Below the pieces are notes generated by a model. It was not told where the DNA came from. It searched no databases and was given only the letters and a program-made list of their open reading frames with translations. Source: Pseudomonadota bacterium (GTDB taxonomy: Bacteria > Myxococcota_A > UBA796 > UBA2385). From it: DNA of 40,158 bases. Position numbers and translations under genes: made by a program. The stretch spans positions 1 to 40,158 of the forward strand of contig JBJONS010000191.1 of assembly GCA_046051725.1 (NCBI GenBank), in the 5' to 3' direction. Below, piece after piece: positions 34,979 through 40,158 of the stretch (its first letter is position 1; every line of letters starts with the position of its first letter).

Positions 34979-37774
34979 ATGCGCATCCTCGAGCAGCGCA
35001 CCTACGTCGGCCCCAACCTCTACGCGACCTTCCCGGTCATCCGGCTGACGCTGGACCTGGGGCCGCTCGAAGACCGGCCCTCGGCCACCATCCCCGGCTT
35101 CGTCGAGCAGCTCAGCGCGCTGATCCCCAGCCTCGACCAGCACGGCTGCTCCTATGGCGAGCCCGGCGGCTTCCTGCGCCGCCTCGGCGAAGACGGCGGC
35201 ACCTGGATGGGCCACGTGCTCGAGCACGTCGCCATCGAGATCCAGAACCTCTGCGGCAGCCGGGTCACCTTTGGCAAGACCCGCGGCAACGGCGAGAAGG
35301 GCCAGTACCACGTCGTGTTCGAGTACGACGAGGCCTGGGTCGGCGAGAAGGCGGGCGAGCTCGCCCTGCGCCTGCTGCACCACCTCGTGCCGGCCGAGCT
35401 GCGTCCGGGCGTGCCCGACGAAGAGGGCTTCGCGTTTCAGTCCGAGCTCGAGGACCTCATCCGCGGCGCCCAGCGCCGGGCGCTCGGGCCCTCGACCAGC
35501 AGCCTCGTGCGCGCGGCGCAGGCCCGCGACATCCCCTGGCTGCGGCTCAACCAGTACAGCCTCGTGCAGTTCGGGCACGGCAAATTCCAGAAGCGCATCC
35601 AGGCGACCGTCACCAGCGAGACCCGGCACATCGCCGTCGACATCGCCAGCGACAAAGAGCTGACCAACAAGATCCTCGGCGACGTGGGCCTGCCGGTGCC
35701 CCGCCAAGACCAGACCACCTCGGCCGAGCAGGCGGTGCGGGCCGCGCGCCGCCTCGGCTACCCCGTCGTGGTCAAGCCGCTCGACGCCAACCACGGCCGC
35801 GGCGTGTCGATCGGCATCGACAGCGACGACGGCGTGCGCACCGCCTGGGCCCAGGCCCGCGAGCACAGCCGCACCGTGCTGGTCGAGACCTTCATCAAGG
35901 GCTTCGACCACCGCATGCTGGTCGTCAACGGCGAGCTGGTCGCGGTCGCCAAGCGGGTGCCCGGCCACGTGGTCGGCGACGGCGTGCACACCATCGGGCA
36001 GCTGGTCGAGATCACCAACCAGGACCCCCGCCGGGGCATCGGCCACGAGAAGGTCCTCACCCGGCTCGAGCTCGACCACCAGGCCCAACGGCTCATCGAG
36101 GTCGCCGGCCACACGGTCGACACCGTGCTGCCGGCCGGCGAGACCTTCTTCTTGCGCAGCACCGGCAACCTGTCGACCGGCGGCACCGCGGTCGACGTGA
36201 CCGACATCTGCCACCCCGACAACCGCGAGATGGCCGTGCGGGCCACGGCGACCATCGGCCTCGACGTCTGCGGCGTCGACTTCCTCTCGCCCGACATCTC
36301 TCGATCCTACAAAGAGGTCGGGGGCGGCATCTGCGAGGTCAACGCCGCGCCGGGCTTCCGCATGCACGTCGCGCCGTCCGAGGGCCAGCCGCGCGACGTC
36401 GCCGGCAAGGTCATGGACATGCTCTTCCCGCCGGGCACGCCGAGCCGCATCCCGATCGCGGCGATCACCGGCACCAACGGCAAGACCACGACCACCCGGA
36501 TGCTCGCCCACATCCACAAGCTGGCCGGCGCCATCGTCGGTATGACCACCACCGACGGGGTCTACATCGACGGGCAGCGCACGGTCGAGGGCGACATGAC
36601 CGGTCCGCAGGCCTCGCGGATGGTGCTGCGCGACCCGACGGTCTCGGTCGCGGTGCTCGAGACGGCCCGCGGCGGCCTGCTGCGGGCGGGCATGGGCTAC
36701 CGGATCCCCGACGTGTCCTGCTGCCTCAACGTGTCGGCCGACCACCTCGGGCTGGGCGGCATCCACACCGTCGAGCAGCTCGCCGAGGTCAAGCGCATCC
36801 CCATCGAGGTCGCCCGCGACACGGTGGTGCTCAACGCCGACGACCCGCACTGCGTGCGGATGGCCTCGCACACCCGCGCCAAGCACATCTGCTACGCGAC
36901 GATGAACCCGAGCAACAGCCTCGTGCGCGAGCACATCCGCGCCGGCGGGCGGGCGGTCGCGCTCGAGGGCGGCGTCAACGGGCAGATGATCACGCTCTAC
37001 GACAAGGGGGCCCACATGCCCCTGCTGTGGACCCACCTCATCCCCGCGACCATCGAGGGCAAGGCCCTGCACAACGTGCAGAACGCCATGTTCGCCGCGG
37101 CGATGGCCTACGCGATGGGGGTGCGGCTCGACGACATCCGCCACGGCCTGCGCACCTTCGACACGAGCTTCTTCCAGACGCCCGGCCGGATGAACGTCTA
37201 CGATCAGCTCGGCTACCGCGTCATCCTCGACTACGGCCACAACCCGGCGGCCATCGAGGCCATGTGCACGCTGACCGACCGCATGGTCGAGGGCGGGGTG
37301 CTCGGCAAGGCCGGCAAGCGGGTGGTGGTCTTGGCCGCCCCCGGCGACCGGCGCGACGAGGACATCCTCGGCATCGCCCGGCGCGCGGCGGCGAGTTTTG
37401 ACCACTTCATCTGCCGGCGCGACGACAACCCGCGCGGGCGGGGCGCCGACGAGGTGCCGCGGCTGCTCGCCCGCGGCCTCGCCGAGGCGGGGGTCAGCGC
37501 GGACCAGATCCAGATCGTCGACACCGAAGAGCCGGCGGTCGACCTCGCCCTCAGCATCTGCCAGCCCGGCGACCTGCTGCTGGTCTTCGCCGACAAGGTC
37601 ACCCGCACCTGGAAGCAGATCATCTACCACGGGGGCCGCAAACCCGAGGCCGAAGCGGACGCGGCGCCGGTCGTGCAGCCCGCGGTGGCCGCCCCGACCC
37701 CCTCGGTGGACGGCCTGGTCTTCGTGCGCGATGAGCGCGGCGTCATCGCCATCACCCAAGAGGAGGCGGACTGA
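34979..37774 (+). CDS. cphA: Cyanophycin synthetase (N + ATP-grasp G + Mur-ligase-like M domains), 931 aa
   Basis: N-domain: MRILEQRTYVGPNLYATFPVIRLTLDLG...GTWMGHVLEHVAIEIQN. G-domain: DKELTNKILGDVGLPVP, GYPVVVKPLDANHGRGVSI, VLVETFIKGFDHRMLVVNGELVAV and ICEVNAAPGFRMH. M-domain: ITGTNGKTTTTRM, LETARGG, NVSADHLG and DYGHNPAA. GGAG lies 5 nt before the ATG at 34979. Confidence 0.93.
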   Translation: MRILEQRTYVGPNLYATFPVIRLTLDLGPLEDRPSATIPGFVEQLSALIPSLDQHGCSYGEPGGFLRRLGEDGGTWMGHVLEHVAIEIQNLCGSRVTFGKTRGNGEKGQYHVVFEYDEAWVGEKAGELALRLLHHLVPAELRPGVPDEEGFAFQSELEDLIRGAQRRALGPSTSSLVRAAQARDIPWLRLNQYSLVQFGHGKFQKRIQATVTSETRHIAVDIASDKELTNKILGDVGLPVPRQDQTTSAEQAVRAARRLGYPVVVKPLDANHGRGVSIGIDSDDGVRTAWAQAREHSRTVLVETFIKGFDHRMLVVNGELVAVAKRVPGHVVGDGVHTIGQLVEITNQDPRRGIGHEKVLTRLELDHQAQRLIEVAGHTVDTVLPAGETFFLRSTGNLSTGGTAVDVTDICHPDNREMAVRATATIGLDVCGVDFLSPDISRSYKEVGGGICEVNAAPGFRMHVAPSEGQPRDVAGKVMDMLFPPGTPSRIPIAAITGTNGKTTTTRMLAHIHKLAGAIVGMTTTDGVYIDGQRTVEGDMTGPQASRMVLRDPTVSVAVLETARGGLLRAGMGYRIPDVSCCLNVSADHLGLGGIHTVEQLAEVKRIPIEVARDTVVLNADDPHCVRMASHTRAKHICYATMNPSNSLVREHIRAGGRAVALEGGVNGQMITLYDKGAHMPLLWTHLIPATIEGKALHNVQNAMFAAAMAYAMGVRLDDIRHGLRTFDTSFFQTPGRMNVYDQLGYRVILDYGHNPAAIEAMCTLTDRMVEGGVLGKAGKRVVVLAAPGDRRDEDILGIARRAAASFDHFICRRDDNPRGRGADEVPRLLARGLAEAGVSADQIQIVDTEEPAVDLALSICQPGDLLLVFADKVTRTWKQIIYHGGRKPEAEADAAPVVQPAVAAPTPSVDGLVFVRDERGVIAITQEEAD

Positions 37775-39426
37775 TGCTGAGGGCCGAGGCCCGCCGGGTC
37801 ACCGGCCTGCACCCGCTGCTGCCCGCGCCTGGCGCGGCGGTGGAGCTGCTGCTGGAGGCCGACGAGCCGGCCGCGGCCCTCGACGCCGCCCTGCCCGCGA
37901 TCGCCGCGCGGGTGGCCGCGCTCTGGTCGGCGCACGGCCTCGGTGACGGCGCCCTGCACGTGCGCCGCCACGCCGCCGGCGCGAGCCTCGGCGTCTGCGC
38001 CCCGATCGACCAGCTCAGCGGCGCGGTCGACGCGCTGGAAGAGGCCATCGCGCCCGGCCTGAGCGCGCCGGGCGCCCTCGCCGACTTGCTCGAGGCCGAG
38101 CGCGCCCCGGCCCTGCGCGCGCTGTGGGCCGCCACCGCCCACCTCGACCGCTTCGTCGACGAGGACGGCTTCACGCTCGGGCTCGGCGCCGGCGCGGTCA
38201 CCTGGCCGCTGGGCGCCCTGCCCGACCCGTCGGCGCTGCCCGAGACCCGCAGCGTCCCCACCGCCTACGTCACGGGCACCAACGGCAAAACCACGACCAC
38301 ACGCATGGTCTCGGCCATCGCCACCGCGGCGGGCCTGCGGGCCGGGCACACGAGCAGCGACGGGGTGGTGGTCTGCGGCGAGTGGCGGGCGCGGGGCGAC
38401 TGGACCGGCCCCGGCGCCGCGCGCACCCTCCTGCGTGCTCCCGACCTCGATCTCGGCGTGCTCGAGACGGCCCGCGGCGGCCTGATGCGGCGGGGCCTCG
38501 TGCTCGACCGGGCCTGGGCCAGCGCCGTGACCAACATCAGCGACGACCACCTCGGCGAGTGGGGCCTCGACGACCTCGACGCGATGGCCTGGGCCAAGCT
38601 CACCGTGGCCCGCGCCACCCGCCCCGGCGGGGCCTTGGTCGTGCACGGCGACGACCCGACCCTGGCCCGCGCCCTGCCGGGGCTGCTGCGCGACCGCCCT
38701 GACCTGCGGGTGCTGCGCTTCGCCGACGGGCCCGAGCGGCCGGGCCTCGACGCCTGGGCCACCGGCGGCGCGCTCTGGTGGCGCGGCGCCGACGGCGGCC
38801 CTGCCCCGCTGCTGTCCGAGGCCGCCCTGCCCGCCTGCGTGGGCGGCGCGGTGCGCACGATGGTCGAGAACGCCCTCTGCGCGGCCCTGCTCGCGCGCGA
38901 GCTCGGCCTCGCCGACGCCGCGGTGCGCGCCGGCCTCGCCGGCTTTCGCCTCGACACCGCGATGTCCCGCGGGCGCCTCAACCGCTTCCAGCTCGAGGGC
39001 GGGGCCGAGGCGGTGCTCGACTTCGCCCACAACCCCGCCGGGATCCGCGGCCTCGCCGGGCTCGCCGCCCGCCGCCGCGGCCGCCTGCTCGTGCTGGTCG
39101 GCCAGGCCGGCGACCGCACCGACGCGCTCATCGCCGCCTACGCCGCCGAGATCGCCGCGCTGCGGCCGGATCGCGTGCTGCTCAAAGAGCTGCCCCACTA
39201 CCGCCGGGGCCGGGCCGAGGGCGAGGTCCGCGCCCTGCTGCGCCGCCAGCTCGAGGCCGACGGGGTGCCGACCGCGGCGATCGGCGACGAGCCCGACGAG
39301 CTGCTGGCCGCCCGGCGCCTGCTCGAAGAGGCGCAGGACGGCGACCTGGTGCTGCTGCTCATCCACGAAGAGCCCGACGCGGCCATGGATCTGATCGACG
39401 ACATGGGGGGAGCGGCCCTGCCGTAG
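37774..39426 (+). CDS. CphA-related Mur-ligase-type protein lacking the ATP-grasp domain (550 aa)
   Basis: The start shares its A with the cphA stop (TGATG). Residues ~170-550 repeat the CphA M-domain motifs: YVTGTNGKTTTTRM, LETARGGLMRRG, NISDDHLGEWG, DFAHNPAGIRGL and GQAGDRTD. The first ~165 residues are divergent and Ala/Leu-rich. No ATP-grasp motifs are present. Confidence 0.8.
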   Translation: MLRAEARRVTGLHPLLPAPGAAVELLLEADEPAAALDAALPAIAARVAALWSAHGLGDGALHVRRHAAGASLGVCAPIDQLSGAVDALEEAIAPGLSAPGALADLLEAERAPALRALWAATAHLDRFVDEDGFTLGLGAGAVTWPLGALPDPSALPETRSVPTAYVTGTNGKTTTTRMVSAIATAAGLRAGHTSSDGVVVCGEWRARGDWTGPGAARTLLRAPDLDLGVLETARGGLMRRGLVLDRAWASAVTNISDDHLGEWGLDDLDAMAWAKLTVARATRPGGALVVHGDDPTLARALPGLLRDRPDLRVLRFADGPERPGLDAWATGGALWWRGADGGPAPLLSEAALPACVGGAVRTMVENALCAALLARELGLADAAVRAGLAGFRLDTAMSRGRLNRFQLEGGAEAVLDFAHNPAGIRGLAGLAARRRGRLLVLVGQAGDRTDALIAAYAAEIAALRPDRVLLKELPHYRRGRAEGEVRALLRRQLEADGVPTAAIGDEPDELLAARRLLEEAQDGDLVLLLIHEEPDAAMDLIDDMGGAALP

Positions 39427-39480
39427 CCGCCGGCCGCCGCCGCGGGCAAGCTCCCTTCACCCTGCTCCCCCGAGGTCGCC

Positions 39481-40158
39481 ATGGTCCCCTCCCGCGCGCT
39501 GCCGCTGCTCCTCCCCCTGCTCGTGCTGGTCGCCTGCGATGGCGACGGCGAGAAAGATGACACCGGCGGCGGCTCGTTCAGCGACGGCGCAGACGGGACC
39601 GACGGCGCGGACGGGACCGATGGCGCCGATGGCGCGGACGGCGCGGACGGCGCGACCGACTGCGTCGACAACGGCACCTTCCAGCTCAGCGGCATCGTCC
39701 GCTTTGACGGCAGCCCCGCAGAGGGCGCGACCGTCTACCTCTGGGCTGACGACGTGTTTGAGCCCGTGACCGCCACCACCGACAGCGAGGGCGCCTACTT
39801 CGTCGAGGCGCCGGCCGGCGACTGGTACCTCGAGGTCAGCACCGCAGACGGCTGCTACTCGTCCACCGACCCGATCAGCGCCGCCGTCTGCGACGACCTG
39901 GTCGTCGACTTCAGCGTCTCGCCCGACGACTGCGTGACCGCCGACAAACCGAACCTCTACCTCTACCCCAAGCGCGACCTGCCGATGCAGGTCGAGGTGC
40001 TGCTCGGCCGCAAGCAGCGGGTGGTGGCCAGCGATCCGCAGCTTCCGCCGCAGGGCTGGCGCGGCGTCGCCCACCCCGACGGCACCTGGACCGCCCAGGG
40101 CGCCAAGGAGCGCAGCCCCTTCCTCTTCTACGAGGTGAGCCTCGCGCCCGAGCAGCTC
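39481..40158 (+). CDS. Lipoprotein (5' partial, runs off the window) with a (D-G-A/T)8 repeat and a carboxypeptidase-regulatory-like domain
   Basis: Not in the ORF track because it has no stop in the window. I translated it by hand: MVPSRALPLLLPLLVLVACDGDGEKDD...DGADGTDGADGTDGADGADGADGA...FQLSGIVRFDGSPAEGATVYLW...DSEGAYFVEAPAGDWYLEV. Lipobox LVLVAC. GC3-rich codons. The opposite-strand ORF 39457..40074 is a shadow. Confidence 0.65.
   Translation, partial: MVPSRALPLLLPLLVLVACDGDGEKDDTGGGSFSDGADGTDGADGTDGADGADGADGATDCVDNGTFQLSGIVRFDGSPAEGATVYLWADDVFEPVTATTDSEGAYFVEAPAGDWYLEVSTADGCYSSTDPISAAVCDDLVVDFSVSPDDCVTADKPNLYLYPKRDLPMQVEVLLGRKQRVVASDPQLPPQGWRGVAHPDGTWTAQGAKERSPFLFYEVSLAPEQL
39583..39654 (+). 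repeat. Eight tandem 9-nt units (GAC/T GGN RCN) encoding D-G-A/T
   Basis: gacggcgca gacgggacc gacggcgcg gacgggacc gatggcgcc gatggcgcg gacggcgcg gacggcgcg read directly. Confidence 0.8.

Noticed and set aside
33908-37759. 1283-aa ORF on the minus strand spanning the cyanophycinase and cphA region
   Set aside because: It is antisense to two genes with unambiguous family motifs. Its translation is low-complexity Gly/Ala/Arg/Asp/Val-rich with no motif. Such long stop-free antisense frames are expected at this GC content.

Overview
Very GC-rich sequence (by eye above 70% GC, with third codon positions almost all G or C). The gene content looks like a myxobacterium-type (Myxococcota-like) chromosome: many lipobox lipoproteins, a sigma-54 enhancer-binding regulator, a Cys-rich CxGDGxCxxxExxxxCxxDC tail and a che-type signalling cluster. 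I support about 34 protein-coding genes, mostly in tightly overlapping operons (ATGA, GTGA and TGATG junctions). I found no rRNA, tRNA, CRISPR array, transposase or integrase. All family calls come from motifs read in the supplied translations; no database search was run. Main content, left to right: (1) a signal-peptide-less DUF4157(HExxH) + 2x peptidoglycan-binding + M15 peptidase protein. (2) An FMN-reductase-like gene and a GNAT acetyltransferase. (3) A five-gene overlapping operon: YHYH lipoprotein, lipoprotein, sensor kinase, NtrC-type sigma-54 activator, lipoprotein. It is preceded by a sigma-54-like -24/-12 element and a block of 9-bp CTGCAG repeats. (4) Housekeeping genes: RluA, type II NADH dehydrogenase, LysR/NhaR-like regulator, isocitrate dehydrogenase family, DUF885, YchF. 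(5) A multi-receiver class III nucleotidyl cyclase, divergent from a complete chemosensory operon that starts with a split Aer (separate PAS and HAMP-MCP genes), followed by CheA, CheW, CheY, CheR, CheX-like and CheB. (6) A cyanophycin locus: iadA, cyanophycinase, cphA. It carries two extra ligase genes: a CphA paralogue lacking the ATP-grasp domain, coupled to cphA, and a stand-alone ATP-grasp gene divergent from iadA. I consider this extended cyanophycin locus the best candidate for an undescribed system in the window. The many long Arg/Gly/Ala/Pro-rich ORFs antisense to, or out of frame with, these genes are shadow ORFs typical of high-GC DNA.
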